Shown: positions 1 through 11,869, counted from the stretch's first letter. The stretch: DNA of 64,000 nt from Paramoeba atlantica (GCA_977017575.1 CDRNVI010000004.1:124001-188000), one strand, 5' to 3'. Program-made: numbers and translations. Notes: generated from the letters alone by a model not told the origin.

Positions 1-1198
1 AAGGTCTACAATCAAAAGAACTAGTTGTGGTGTCCTCTTGGGTTACCACCGATTTCGCCTCGGAGACCAGTTCAGTCTCATTTGCTGCGTTTATCTCCTT
101 GTTTTCACAGACACTATCATTCTCTCCATTTGCAACATCTCCCTCTTCCGGTTCTACCCCTTCCTTCTCTTCTCCCTTTTCACCCTCTGTCGTATTGTGA
201 CTACTCTGCGTATCATTTTCCTTCCCTTTCCCTCGTCTTCCCCTTCCTTTTCTTCTCCCCTCACTTTGTTGCTCCATTAAAGCTTCATACAACGCCTCAT
301 GTTCCTGAAATCGCATCTCCTCCTCATGCAACTCCTCGGCCGATTTTGCTTCCAAATCCGCTGCTACACTCTCGGCATGTCTTTGTAACTTTTCTAACCT
401 CAACACCTCAGCGATGGCTAATTTTTCTTCTCTTTTCTTCTGCTGTTCTTTTTGTGCCTCCCCGACCCGCGGGTCTAATGTCATCACGTATCGCCGTAAC
501 ATTCGGACGGTTGTGGAATACGACCGCTGGGCTTCCCCTCGGAGTCGCGCATTTTCTCTTGCCATCGCCTTACGCTCTTGTCGGCAGCTGGCCTCAAACT
601 CTTTATGCTCCTCACAGTGCGCAAACGATAAACGCGTCGTAAAATCTTCCCAGGCGGTGTAAAAAAACAAAGTTTCATGTCCCGGCGTTGTGGTATCCCC
701 AAACGAGGGTAATACCGTTGAATCCGTACTCGCGTTTGCCGTTTTTCCTCCTCTCCCCCCTTTTCCTCCTCCCCCACCTCCCTCACGCTCTCGTTTCGCA
801 ATCTCCTCAAACACACGCCGGTAAACCGCATAAAACCCTTTTTCATTGTCGTCCCCAAATCCGGTATAGCAGGCCTCACTGAAATAACGATAGAGCTGAG
901 CCTCGAGGTCATCATCTTCTCTATTTTTATGGTTCTTCGAATTCGTTTCATCGTAACTCGGGTTTAAGATTTGTTCCTTGTGGTTATCGTACCACGCGCG
1001 CTCCGGGGGGTTCGACAGCACCCCGTAGGCGTGGGCGAGTTCCTTAAACATGGCCTCCGCCTGGGCGACCCGGTGGGGGTTCTTGTCGGGGTGCCACAGC
1101 AGCGCGAGTTGGCGGTACGCGGTTTGGATTTCGGAAGCGGTGGCGGAGGAGGTGACGTTAAGGACGTCGTAGAAACACCGACGACGGGGGCAGGTCAT
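1..1198 (-). CDS. DNAJC21: DnaJ/J-domain protein of DNAJC21/Jjj1 type, 3' partial (runs off window start; absent from the ORF track because there is no stop in the window)
   Basis: Manual translation from the ATG at 1198 gives MTCPRRRCFYDVLNV...AYRQLALLWHPDKNP...AEAMFKELAHAYGVLSNPPERAWYDNHKEQIL. This contains the HPD motif and the RAWYDNH signature of Jjj1/DNAJC21, followed by an acidic/charged region and the start of a Cys motif (FDCRP) at the edge. The frame is open to position 2. Confidence 0.8.
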   Translation of the reverse strand, partial: MTCPRRRCFYDVLNVTSSATASEIQTAYRQLALLWHPDKNPHRVAQAEAMFKELAHAYGVLSNPPERAWYDNHKEQILNPSYDETNSKNHKNREDDDLEAQLYRYFSEACYTGFGDDNEKGFYAVYRRVFEEIAKREREGGGGGGKGGRGGKTANASTDSTVLPSFGDTTTPGHETLFFYTAWEDFTTRLSFAHCEEHKEFEASCRQERKAMARENARLRGEAQRSYSTTVRMLRRYVMTLDPRVGEAQKEQQKKREEKLAIAEVLRLEKLQRHAESVAADLEAKSAEELHEEEMRFQEHEALYEALMEQQSEGRRKGRGRRGKGKENDTQSSHNTTEGEKGEEKEGVEPEEGDVANGENDSVCENKEINAANETELVSEAKSVVTQEDTTTSSFDCRP

Positions 1199-1410
1199 GG
1201 GGGAAAGGCTGGGTTTTGTAGTCTTTTGTACTCCAAATTTCGTTACAAAAAAACGCATGAAAACAACGCGCGAAATTTTAACAAATCTACGTTTCTTTTT
1301 TTACTATCATTAAACTCATCTACCCCCAATTTACACTTCTACACACACGTACCTATGGGGTTCAGTAAACTACGACTACATCTACAACTCCCCCTTCCCG
1401 ACCCCGTTCC

Positions 1411-3822
1411 TTAATACGGTCCATGCATGCGGAACTTCCCCTGCTTATGCACATCCTGGAAGTCCCACCGCGTCCGTCGTCTCCAATTATGCCGGTCAGG
1501 AAAGATTTCTGGATGCGGTCCGGCATACGTCATGTCATAACTCGGGTGCTTGCCCCGGGCAAACGCCTTGTACTTACGATCAAACGGGGAGGGGAGTTTC
1601 ACGGGGCACATCGGGTCGCTGCGGTCCCTCCACTCCGCGTGGTACCCCTGCTGGTGTTCCCCATACATCCGAGGAGCCCAGTACCCCGGTCCTTTCGCCC
1701 CGGTCCCGACATTTGGGCTCCTCCATTGTCCAAGCTCTCCGTATTCGTTCATAAACCCGGTATCGCGGTCGGGAAACGGCAGCGCGTGCACCACACGATC
1801 CATCACGGGATTCGGTAGCTGTGCGCTCGGGTCCGCTCTCTGCTTCTCCTCACTTTTACTTCGGTACGCGAAGGTCATCAACTCCTGGGTCGTACGCATC
1901 TGTACCCCAATTACCTCATAGTCCTCCTCAATCAGACGACGTGTGGTTTCGGAGACCCGCACATTATACCGGGCGGCCCAGATCAGGGCGCGTTTCGTGT
2001 GCTCTGCCCAGGAATTCACATCGGGATGGAGCTTGTACTCCCGGTAGAGCACCACAATCGCCTCATCGGTCCATTTAAACTTTCGTAGCACGTTTTGTAC
2101 AAAATAGGCATTGGCTTTGCCGGTGCGACAACCCACGAGAACCCGGAGTACGGCCATATGGTGCGCGAGCGTCCAGGTCATCCCCGGGGCGGTATTCATT
2201 TCCCGGAGAAGTCGAATGAGGGTTTGAAGAAGCTCCCGACACGCGCTCGCCTCCAGAGGCCCTTGGCTCTCGGCCTCATTCACAATCCCAAGCAGCAGCT
2301 CCAAGTAATGTGCCCCATGAAGGGATTCCTGCCGTGGACGTAACAACCCGTGGGCAATATCGTGGAGCTCGGTCGCGGAGACATTCCCCAGTTCTCGATG
2401 ATGACGCAGGCAAGTTTGGAGATACCGTCGCAGGTCCAGTGTTCGCAGCCGATCCTCACCGAGTACCTTCTCACAGCGTTGCATCAGACGAACACCAAAC
2501 TGGTAGGGATCGGGAATATTCGCCGCAAACCGCTCGATCCCTTTCTCACAAAACTGCGTAGAATTCCCTACCGGTAGTGTTGAATTTTTAGAGCGCCCTT
2601 CCTTGTCCTTTTTTCGTGGAGCATGCCGATAGATCATTTCCAGCAGCGTACAGTACGTCCGCAGCAGGTACTGCTCATTGGAGAGAAACCTACTGTGGGT
2701 CTCCCGGAGCTCCGGCCGCTGCGGCCCCAGACCCTTACCCGCGGTGTAGCCATCCTCGAACCGCCACGTCGGGTTCTCCATATGCTTTTGCTCCAAATAC
2801 GGACTCCACGTCTCCCGATGGGGGAGCATCCTCGGATTCGGGGGCTCGGGCACCGGCGTGGGGGTCTCGAGCAGTTTCTCCTCCAGCTCCCCCAGAAACC
2901 CCTCCATCAGCTTCGTCTCCCCCGCACTTAACAGCGCCGCACACATCCACCGGTAAATATTCCGTGTCGTGTTAAACCGGTTCAAGTCCACCACATCCTG
3001 ATTCGGGTCATGCTCGAAATGCTTCTTCCACTTTGGCAAATGAAACAGCTCCTCCCGGGTTAGCGCAAACGGCACCCGCGACACCGGCTTCGGATCCACC
3101 TCGTGGGTCTCCAGAAACCGCTGCTCGCTGGCGTACCGGTTCCAGCACTCCAGGGCCATCCCGGCGCCCCGGACCAGCGCGCACAGCTGGAGGTAGAGCC
3201 CGATGAGCTTATCCTCGGGCCAGGTCTGCTGGCGCTCCATGGTCCGCCACACGTCCACGGCCATGTCGTACTCCCCAAAGTGCATGAGACACTCCATGGC
3301 GGACTGGTAGTGGATGTGCTGCGGGGGGAGGTTGTCGACGAGCATGCGGAGCAGCCAGTGCAGGGACTGCTGCGGGAGGTAGTGGGGGGCGTGGTAGGGC
3401 TGGCGGATGCGGGAGAGGTAGAACAGGAAGAGGTGTTTGTACTCCCGGGGGTGGCGGGCTACCATGGTGTGACGGTGGACCTCCCAGCGGGCTTGTTCAC
3501 TGTAGAGGGGGGAGTAGGTGTCCGCGCCACGGTACCATGGGGGGAGACCTTTACCTTTACGGGGGAGCATGGCGCCCATTTCGGCATGGTGGGTGTCCGC
3601 GGCGTGTTCGAAGAAACCAAAATCGGTGTGGGTCATCATGGGGTAGGGGCGGTTGTAGGGGTCGTGGCCGAATTGACCGGCACTCTCCCCTTCGCGGGTT
3701 TTGAAGAGGCCTTGGCGGGTGAGGGAACGGATCCCGAGGGTTTTGCGAAGGTGCTTGAGGGCGGGGTCCAGGGTGGTTGGAGGGGTGTGGCGATGACGGG
3801 AGCATAGTCGAGTGCGTAGCAT
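1411..3822 (-). CDS. mS51: Kinetoplastid mitoribosomal small-subunit PPR-type protein, mS51/KRIPP1 homologue (803 aa)
   Basis: Motifs match my recollection of T. brucei mS51 (~812 aa): WRTMERQQTWP, EVDPKPVSRVPF, LPKWKKHFEHDPN, TPTPVPEPPNP, ALPFPDRD, HPSYDM.YAGP and C-terminal RWDF...KQGK..GPY. The N-terminus is Arg-rich and targeting-like. Confidence 0.8.
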   Translation of the reverse strand: MLRTRLCSRHRHTPPTTLDPALKHLRKTLGIRSLTRQGLFKTREGESAGQFGHDPYNRPYPMMTHTDFGFFEHAADTHHAEMGAMLPRKGKGLPPWYRGADTYSPLYSEQARWEVHRHTMVARHPREYKHLFLFYLSRIRQPYHAPHYLPQQSLHWLLRMLVDNLPPQHIHYQSAMECLMHFGEYDMAVDVWRTMERQQTWPEDKLIGLYLQLCALVRGAGMALECWNRYASEQRFLETHEVDPKPVSRVPFALTREELFHLPKWKKHFEHDPNQDVVDLNRFNTTRNIYRWMCAALLSAGETKLMEGFLGELEEKLLETPTPVPEPPNPRMLPHRETWSPYLEQKHMENPTWRFEDGYTAGKGLGPQRPELRETHSRFLSNEQYLLRTYCTLLEMIYRHAPRKKDKEGRSKNSTLPVGNSTQFCEKGIERFAANIPDPYQFGVRLMQRCEKVLGEDRLRTLDLRRYLQTCLRHHRELGNVSATELHDIAHGLLRPRQESLHGAHYLELLLGIVNEAESQGPLEASACRELLQTLIRLLREMNTAPGMTWTLAHHMAVLRVLVGCRTGKANAYFVQNVLRKFKWTDEAIVVLYREYKLHPDVNSWAEHTKRALIWAARYNVRVSETTRRLIEEDYEVIGVQMRTTQELMTFAYRSKSEEKQRADPSAQLPNPVMDRVVHALPFPDRDTGFMNEYGELGQWRSPNVGTGAKGPGYWAPRMYGEHQQGYHAEWRDRSDPMCPVKLPSPFDRKYKAFARGKHPSYDMTYAGPHPEIFPDRHNWRRRTRWDFQDVHKQGKFRMHGPY

Positions 3823-3824
3823 TT

Positions 3825-3840
3825 CTGAAAAAAAGGGGGC
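3825..3840 (-). promoter_or_regulatory. Putative trans-splice acceptor (polypyrimidine tract + AG) for the mS51 gene
   Basis: Minus strand reads CCCCCTTTTTTTCAG|AAATG immediately upstream of the start codon. Confidence 0.5.
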
Positions 3841-4164
3841 GTCAGGTTCCTTTTATCGCTCCGTGATACGATCAAAAGTATCGGTGAATAAGAAGCTAAA
3901 GAAAAATCAAAAGGACTTAATAACCCGGGGTACGGCTATTTACTTATTGAGGGAGATACTACTCCCTCGCTATCACATATTAATAAAATTTGGCCCGATA
4001 TTTCGCCCGAAATTTGGTCGACAAAAAATTTACCGGAAAATGTTTTTGTCGCAAAGAATCAAAGGCAACACCATAAACTGATTTAGGGTCTTTCTTAGGG
4101 TTCAATACTAAAATAGTTCGCCCGAAAAAATATCTCACGACACAAATTTTAGACCCCCCGGAAA

Positions 4165-4310
4165 ATCGTGACCCCCCCTGGATACTGATGCGTCGAGTAA
4201 AGGATGGGGGGCGGAGCTGTACCTAGATGACGAACAGGTCTAGATTACAGGTGGCTCTTGGCCTCCAGACTTCAAGTATGAAGTGAACCATGCAGAGGCC
4301 ATGGTCTTTA
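4165..4310 (+). pseudogene. RNase H fragment of a VIPER/DIRS-like retroelement
   Basis: Translates as DTDASSKGWGAELYLDDEQV*ITGGSW...EVNHAEAM, similar to TDASSHGWGAVLYLDHGQVVIAG at ~62640. Confidence 0.7.
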
Positions 4311-4319
4311 ACTATCTTT

Positions 4320-4430
4320 AACTGTATCTTTAACGATAAAGATACATTATCACGGACTTCACAAATACGCTTGTCACCAGTCCCAAGCCCGGCATCGTCG
4401 CCCCGCGACGAAGTCTGAGGGTGAAGTTTG
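4320..4430. repeat. Dispersed ~110-bp repeat 'X', copy 1
   Basis: Core ATAAAGATACATTATCAC.GACTTCA.AAA.ACGCTTGTCACC.GTCCCAAGCCCGGC.TCGTC, also at ~5877, ~14123 (partial) and ~19870-19973 (inverted). Confidence 0.75.
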
Positions 4431-4683
4431 GTGATGATCCCTAGTGCGCTTTTACGAGCCCTAGGTGACCTCCGGATCTTGTGTTGTTATCCGAGGCCTT
4501 TATGGCTAAGGCCCTAGTGTGCTCTAACGAGCCCTAGGATGAGGATAGTTTTTCTGGAGGATCACTGTCTCCTCTAGGGTGTGATGCACCGGTGCGTAAA
4601 GTACAATAGTGTTCGGAGAGCCAGAGGTTTTGGCGGACTATGTAAATCGTGGAAAACTTGATTTGATGTTTCGACGTTATGGA

Positions 4684-4800
4684 GTTGGTACGCAAAAAAG
4701 ATACAGTTTCTGTACCTTGTTGGTACATTTTCCTTTAGTTGATCTTTTCTTTCCCCGGCAACGGGCATAGTCTTACTGTTATATGCCCGTTGCCGGCCGG
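4684..4800 (+). ncRNA. Spliced-leader RNA gene-like sequence (exon core + GT donor + hairpin)
   Basis: AAAGATACAGTTTCTGTACCTTGTTG|GTAC resembles the kinetoplastid SL exon core and 5' splice site. It is followed by a 15-bp stem (4755-4769/4782-4796). The 5' part of the exon is non-canonical. Confidence 0.55.
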
Positions 4801-5339
4801 CACTAAGGCCGAAACTGTCCCTCTTTCTCGGCGAAGTAGCGGACGCGCTTCCACCCCATCACCCCTCCCCGGCTCACTCTTTGAGTGGGTTTTCTTCCCT
4901 CCCCGGCTTTCTTCCCTTCGCGCCCTTTCCTTCCCGGGGAGCCATGCGCCATGGTGGCCTCCCTTGAGCACCACTGGGCGTGGCTCTGCCTCGTCTTATC
5001 GCGAGGCAGCGGTCGGTTGCAGTGCACCCCTCCGGCTGCGTAAAGAGAGGGCGAGTTGCCTGGACCCCCTCTACCGACAGAGTCCGAGCTAAACCCCCTT
5101 GGTGCGACATCCGTCATTACGGATTGTGCCGATGATATCGGCTGTCGCATCAAGGGCTGTATCTCTGCGCCAACGAGCGCATGGACATCAAAACATGAAC
5201 ATCAAAACCATCTGATGGTTCCGAGGCGATTCCGTCTCCGATGGCGATTGGTCATCCGAAAGGTTATCCCACGTCTGGGTATCAGAACTCAGGCGAACAA
5301 TATATCTTCCCTTGAAAAGCCTCTACGACAGAGAGAAGT

Positions 5340-5465
5340 CTTCGTTGCGAGGTTTGTCATGGCCACTCGTCGAAGTGGTGTGTGTCCCGCGATAAGTATC
5401 GTGGTGCCGCAGTGACATGTCATTCATGTCAAGGAAAAGGATATTTTCAAAGAGATTGCCCTAGC
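5340..5465 (+). pseudogene. Gag-like zinc-knuckle remnant
   Basis: LRCEVCHGHSSKWC...VTCHSCQGKGYFQRDCP, i.e. two degenerate CCHC knuckles. Confidence 0.5.
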
Positions 5466-5876
5466 AGCAGCCCCTTCGCTAATATTATTGACCTTGTGTT
5501 TAATGGTTGTCACCTTGTGCGTGCATTCAGATTGTTCTTGTTTTGCTTAAACAGAGGCGCCCTTTACATTAGCGTCGTACTGGCATTGATAATAATGAGA
5601 ATCTAGTTATTGTAAAAACAAAAATCATAATACTGTAGCGCTTGTTCGTTGAAGTGTATAATCAGTAAGGTTGAAGTGTATACTCAGTAAGTTTGTATAC
5701 TCATACGCATAGCGTCAATACACATGGTGTTAGTTTTGAAGAGTTTTTCCCGTGGGAATCTTTCTATTTTTTTTCTTTCGTCAGGATACTCAGACGTTGT
5801 TTTTCCTGCTCTCTTGGTAGTATTTCTTCATACAGCACTACCTGGATTGTCATACTCACTGCACTACCTTTTTGTC

Positions 5877-5985
5877 ATCTTTAACGATAAAGATACATTA
5901 TCACGCCTTCCAAAACACGCTAGTAACCGGTCCCAGGCCCGGCGTCGTCCTCATGTGCATGAGCGACGAAGTGTGAGGGAGAAGG
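5877..5985. repeat. Dispersed repeat X, copy 2
   Basis: TCTTTAACGATAAAGATACATTATCACG...GGTCCCAGGCCCGGCGTCGTC...GACGAAGTGTGAGGG. Confidence 0.7.
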
Positions 5986-6112
5986 AAGTAGAGGTAAGTG
6001 TGAGGGAGAAACGGCATGCCTTTTTCTTTGTTTTCTATTACTTTTAATTAAGTATTAATAATTGTGAAAATATAAAGAGAAAGACACCTTTTGCTAGCGT
6101 TTATAAGTATAA

Positions 6113-7790
6113 TTAGCGGACACCCGCCTTCCTCCACTCTTTTACCGCGGAGGATAGTATCGCGGCGTTGCCTTTTTGAACAGCAACATCAATGGCTTGT
6201 AGTGCATGACGCAGGAAACCTTTCCTGTCATGCGTATACCTTGCGATCTCCTTTAGGAGGAGTACGGTGCGCTTCCCTGCCTCACCAAAAACGGTAGCTG
6301 CAAGCGGGTAGAAATGCATACCCCTTTTCGTGGCGATGTCACTGTGCGCTTTTACTTTCAAGCTTTCCACCCTTTCTAGGGTGTTGCCAGGCGCTACCCG
6401 TTCGGACGTAACATAAGAAGGGGCGAGAGGGTTAACGACGGTCACGTCCACCAGACATATCTTTCCTCCCAGCATAAAGCAGACGTCGGGGCCCTGACCA
6501 TCGGAGAATCGGGGTTCATGATTGTCAGGAGTGAATCCGTACTGTCGTAGCAAGTGCACGAAGGCATTCTTAACATTTTTGTGGCGAGTGGCCGCGGTGT
6601 CGCCTTTGACTTTATTGCAGTCAAGGGCGTGCACAACAAAATCTTTGTTTGAGAGGATGTCTCCGCACTCACATTGTGCGAAAGGGTCCGAAGTAGGGGC
6701 TATCAAGTATCGCATGCGCATGGCTGTTTGCCATTCTGCGTCGCGCGTGAAGTACTCACTCCGATTCCTACGCGTCTCTGTCCAATTGCGCGTTCTCTTG
6801 TCCATCAACTGAAGTGAATGGACGTCATGTAGTTCGCTGGTTTCTTTACGCACTGCTGACTTCGACTCTTCATATCTTGTCAAGGCAGAACGTCGTCTTT
6901 CCATACACCCTAATACCTCAGCTTCTGTGCGAGAATACAGAGTTGCCGCTTGCTGCGCAAAAGGTTTCGCCCCCAAAAGGTCGCCCGTCATGAGAGTACT
7001 GTGAAACGGGTTCTTTTCCAGGTCTTCGAAGCCTCCTAGCAGCTCTGAGGAACACTCCTGTATGGCCTTGTCCGCTAACACGTTCGCTTTTGCCGTTACC
7101 TCCGGCTCGTGACACCTCATTAGGTAGTCCCACCGGGGGACTCCACATCTCTTCAGCAAAATGTAAGCACTTTGTAACGAGAGATGTTGCAGCCGATCCA
7201 GGAATGTCTGCAATTTAGGCATTGGGTTGACTACCCATCTGGTTTCATCCGCGCCTTCCTTGGAGACGAATGCGCCTAGGAGCTTTTGTCCTTGCTCCGC
7301 ATGCTCTATGTTCATGCCTCTGAAAGGAGCGTACTGGTCATTGAAATGCGTCGAAAGCTTACATTTGGCCGGATGTACCTCCAGTTCTATTCCCGAAGAG
7401 TGATCATAGAGAGCGCCAAACGCCTGTGCGACACGTTCTGCCGGGCCGATGATTGAAAGGTCGTCTAGGTAAGCCCAAAGCGTCAGATCACTGAACTCAT
7501 CCTTCAATTTTCCAAGAATTTGGTGCAAGCCGAGAGAAAACAGTAACGGTCCTAATGGGTCGCCTTGTCGGACTCCCCTCAGAACCTTAGTCGGCGAACA
7601 CGACGAGTTAAATATCGTAGTTGGAGCCCCATACACATACTGTGCCCCCCCCCACTTATTTGTCACCCCTTTTTCGAAAAAATGACAAATAAGTAGAGGG
7701 GGTGGAGCTATCACAATTAAGTGGGGGGGTTACAGTTCGTGCATACTTCAAAAATATCTGCTTATGAATGTTCTTAGGTCAGCGTTAGTA
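6113..7790 (-). mobile_element. 5'-truncated CRE/SLACS-like non-LTR retrotransposon (RT C-terminal half + CCHC + RLE)
   Basis: GVRQGDPLGPLLFSL, WAYLDD, CECG...HALDC, RH...K, PD...DVTVV...K (PD-(D/E)xK nuclease). The ORF-track N-terminus (7714-7640) is MITE sequence, and RT-like residues resume beyond the MITE. Confidence 0.9.
7640..7735. mobile_element. ~96-bp MITE inserted in the CRE RT
   Basis: TA|CTGTGCCCCCCCCCACTTA ... TTAAGTGGGGGGGTTACAG; termini resemble the 10089-11079 element; the right TSD is imperfect. Confidence 0.55.
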
Positions 7791-8489
7791 CCATCAGTAA
7801 GATAGCAGTACCAGGGAAGACCACGAGGAGATCCCGACCTTACTTCCCCATTTTGGGTTGCGCCCAGAAGCAAGCCCACTTTAATTTTGCAATAGTCAAA
7901 ACTTTGCGATAGAGAAAAAAGGTTATGGTAGTAGTATCATACATGAAGCGAGTACGGTACTCGTGTACTCACCCGAGTAAGTACAGCGAGTAATTACTCG
8001 GAGTACCGTACTCGCCGTACTCGCTTCCAGCAGGTATGTACTCGCTATACAAGTGAGTTTGGAACAAGTGACGTTATGTTAAGAATTTTCTGGTCGAGCA
8101 ATTGCTGGTCGAGGAGGATGTGGGATGTGATAAGGGATGGAATGCGGGGTGTAAATGCGTTTGCAGTACAATCTTGTCAAGGCCACATGGGGCTGGGGCA
8201 CGTCCCCTTCTGACTAAAGTTCCATTCAACCGTTTGCTTACTTCCCTCCGTGCGCTACACTTCAATAAAATAATCTTTGCAGAAATTACCCCACTTAACT
8301 TTTATTTCGGGCATCAATTTTCGGGTTTAAAAATAAGAAAAATCGCACACAAATAAATTTTCTGTGTATTTATGGCGTGTGGGTGAGCTCAAGAGTACTT
8401 AAAAAGTGAAACAAAAAAATATAGTTTTTTATAGTTTCTAAAAAACGTTTATAGTAACTATATAGTACTATATTGATAGTTTTATAGTT

Positions 8490-8815
8490 TCTGCGAACCT
8501 TGCTATATTATTCAAATTACACTATATTATTCAAATTAACACTATATTATTCACATAACACTATAATATTCAAATCGCCAACTTTTGGAAGGATGAACCG
8601 GATTTTAGACAAACCTTTGCTTTATCATCCACCAAAATCGCATTTTTCGCTACTCAGGGCGCTACTTTATTCAAATTGACACTATAATATTCAAATTAAC
8701 ACTATATTATTCAAATTAACACTATATTATTCAAATACCGCTATATTATTCAAATAGAGCGGCATAGCACTATATTATTCAAATAACACAATATTATTCA
8801 AATTCCGATTTGAAT
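8490..8815. repeat. ~20-21-bp degenerate tandem repeat (CACTATATTATTCAAATTAA), two clusters
   Basis: About 10 copies visible. Confidence 0.8.
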
Positions 8816-9043
8816 AACATACCGTTCCCCGGGTTAAAAATAATATTTTTCCAAAATCGATTCCTAAAACGTATTTTAAGTTTTGGACCTCAGCTACTAT
8901 TCTGCGACGTTTTTTGCGACAGATTCGCCTCCTGCCCCTACTGGTAAGGCATCCAAAACGGCCATATAAAGTGCGAGTTTCGATTGCAAAGAAAAGCCAC
9001 TAATTATGATAGAATATGTAACCCCCCCCCTCGCTTATAAATA

Positions 9044-9782
9044 CTGCACTCCCCTTAGTTATCTGTCTCTACTTTTCGAGAAAAGGTGGCAGATAACTAG
9101 GGGGGGATAGGGGTGTGACAGATAACTAGGGGGGTCAAAGTGCGACAGATATCTCGGGGGATCCGTCGCCAAAAAAGCGAGGGAACGAACTGTTACAGAA
9201 ACGGTATCTTTATTGCCTAAGAAGATTCCTTTCTACCCCAATGGGGTACTATAAGCTGAAGACATGCGTCTACGGGTTAAAAATAGTTTTCAAATGTTCA
9301 CATAGACGATACTTAAATTTCTTTATAATATCTTTTAAAACTTGAGACACGTACCCATTGAAACTGTCATAAATCGCAATAATATGGCACCGCACATGAA
9401 TTGGAACGCAGTGCTATGCATAGTACGAGCACGCAAATATGCGAGTGTCATGTGAGAATTATGTTCGCTTATAACGAATCTAGAGCAATTATGAATTTCG
9501 AATATGAAATCTAGACAATTATACTTAATAGTCACGACGACGTCATTCATAATCCACTAAAAACAGAAGACGAAAAGCTCTTTTGGTGCTCTCTAAATGT
9601 TACTAACTATATTCTGGAACGGGGGTGTAGAAGTTTCGCTTATAACTTTTTAAATTTTAAATTTTCTTTAAAAGCGACAGATAACTAGGGGAGGGTCGTT
9701 GACGAAAAAAAAAATTCGAAAGGCCGAAAAGCGACAGATAACTAGGGGGGTGGGGCGTGACAGATAACTAGGAGGGGTACAG
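9044..9782. mobile_element. Non-autonomous TIR element (MITE) with TA TSD and subterminal GACAGATAACTAGGGG repeats
   Basis: TA|CTGCACTCCCCTTAGTTATCTGTC ... GACAGATAACTAGGAGGGGTACAG|TA. Confidence 0.7.
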
Positions 9783-10088
9783 TATATACACTTACACTTA
9801 CAAACTTAGACATAAACACTTATAAACACATTTATATACACATATCGGCTACTTTCGCTTATACAGGGGGGTGCACGAAAATATGGGGGGAGGGGTCAAA
9901 ATTCTTATAACTCGGCCAATTTTGGAAAATACTCTCTCTCATTAATTTCTATAAATGGATTTCGAGTTATAAAAATTTAGTTTATGCGGGATCATTAACT
10001 TTTATAAATCAGAAATTTATCGAACGCTATTTCTTAATTTTTTTCTAAACCAAAGAATTTTTTCTGTTATTCTACTTAAGATGGGTTA

Positions 10089-11079
10089 CTGTCCCCCCCC
10101 ACTTAAGCGCAACCAGGTTTTGGCCTAAAATTGCGCATAAGTAGCCGGGTCAAAAAAAGGGGTGAAAAAAATTTGTTTCAATCATGAGTTATGTACGCGG
10201 GGTGCCCCGGGGGGCTGCTTTTTATATACTCCCCCTCTGATTTCTATAAATAATATTTTATAAAAAAAATGAGTTATAATTACTGTGACCCCCCCCTTAT
10301 ACTTCGCCCATTTTTATATCTATAAAAAATAATTAATGAAAATGATAGTTCGTCGGCGTTAGTACCATCAGTGGAGGGGTGCAGACGGTACCTGTAGCTC
10401 GCTGTCGAACGGTGGCAACCAATCGCGATCGGTAACGACAGATCGCGACCGGTTGCGAACGCTGTGGGTATTTTTTCGAGGTTCGAAGGGTTTACCGATT
10501 CATTGGAAGATCAGTCGGACAGGGGGTGACGTGTGAGAGATAACTAGGGAGGAGGTACAGTACTTCGCTTGTATGGTTACTTATGCCCGCGAATGACCAC
10601 ATCACGAGATAAGTGCCTTTTTTGCGAGCACCCGATCAATTGTAGGAAAAGAACGGACTTTTAAGAGCGTGGGTCCGAAATAAATTTATAAATTAAAGTT
10701 TAGTTTATCATGCACTTGTAGTGCGATTACCCACGTTATCTTTACCAGCCCCACATCTAGGCGGTGCCGCACGCTGATGCACTGATCATTACAAAAGCGT
10801 ACAGTACGTGGCAGGAGAGTTCCGCTGATGTACAGTACAGTATAGTATGCAAAGACTCGCCGTACAGACCGATGGAGATCAGTGTGGATCAGAGATCGCT
10901 GGAGATCATTTTTGAACGCCCAAAGGGACTCTCCATTTCAAGAGCGGCGAAAATCTGTACAAAAATTCGTACCACAAAAAAAAAATTGCGCCGCTTTGCG
11001 GCGCTGTTCTTCTGAACGATGCGTCAAAATTGCGCTTAAGTGGCCGGGTCAAACGGTTCCGCATAAGTAGGGGGGACAG
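10089..11079. mobile_element. Non-autonomous TIR element with TA TSD (Tc1/pogo-type ends)
   Basis: TA|CTGTCCCCCCCCACTTAAGCG ... CGCATAAGTAGGGGGGACAG|TA. Confidence 0.65.
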
Positions 11080-11628
11080 TATTTTGTGAACGTGGATGAA
11101 CGCGCTTCGAAGAAATTTCTTACAGAAAAGCGCAAATGGTTGATTTCTATTCTGGAGGCATAGATAAGTGTCAGGGTATCCAGCTTACGTTCTATGTCGG
11201 ATGATGGGACTTAGCGATCCCAGCCTCCCGAGCGAACTCACCCGGCGTCGCATAACAAGACGCTAAATAGCTAGGGTGAGCACGATGAAAACAATATGGA
11301 CGACACTACCCGGTGCCAGCAAAACGGGGCACTAAATAATTAGGGTAGATGACCCTAACTTTTCCTTTTCTTAATAATTAGGGTAGATGACCCAAATTTA
11401 ATCTACCCTAGCCGGAAACTACCCAGCCGACGCCGGGCCTAATTTGTCCGAAGGAGCGTCTTCGTTGCTCGGTCGCAATCCTAATGCTCGGTCGTAATGC
11501 ATATTGCACTACCGGATCCCAGGAGTTCTTCTAGAACTCGCGTTTTCACCAAGTCTTCCACGTAAATTCAAAAAAAAAATGTTTCTTTTACGCGTTTTTT
11601 GATGTATTTTGATACATTTTAACATTTA

Positions 11629-11869
11629 CCATCCCCCCCTATTTAATAGGGCTACGTGTCACCCCCCCTTTAATAGGGCCATTTTTTCCCGTATCTACCC
11701 CAACAACCAAAAGTGCATCAAAAGGGAGTAGGACCTTGTTTCACAACGATAAAAAAGGCGCCGCGAAGCGGCGCTGATTTTTTTCTTTCATATTATTTTC
11801 CATGTCCCCCCCCTCCTTTATTAGGGCCTTTTGCCCAAAATTGGAGTCCTATTAAATAGGGGGGGATAG
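11629..11869. mobile_element. 241-bp MITE with TA TSD
   Basis: TA|CCATCCCCCCCTATTTAATAGG ... CCTATTAAATAGGGGGGGATAG|TA; internal GCGAAGC hairpin. Confidence 0.7.

Noticed and set aside
25-3807. Plus-strand and alternative-frame ORFs (25..642, 971..1414, 3103..3807 etc.)
   Set aside because: Antisense or frame shadows of the DnaJ and mS51 genes
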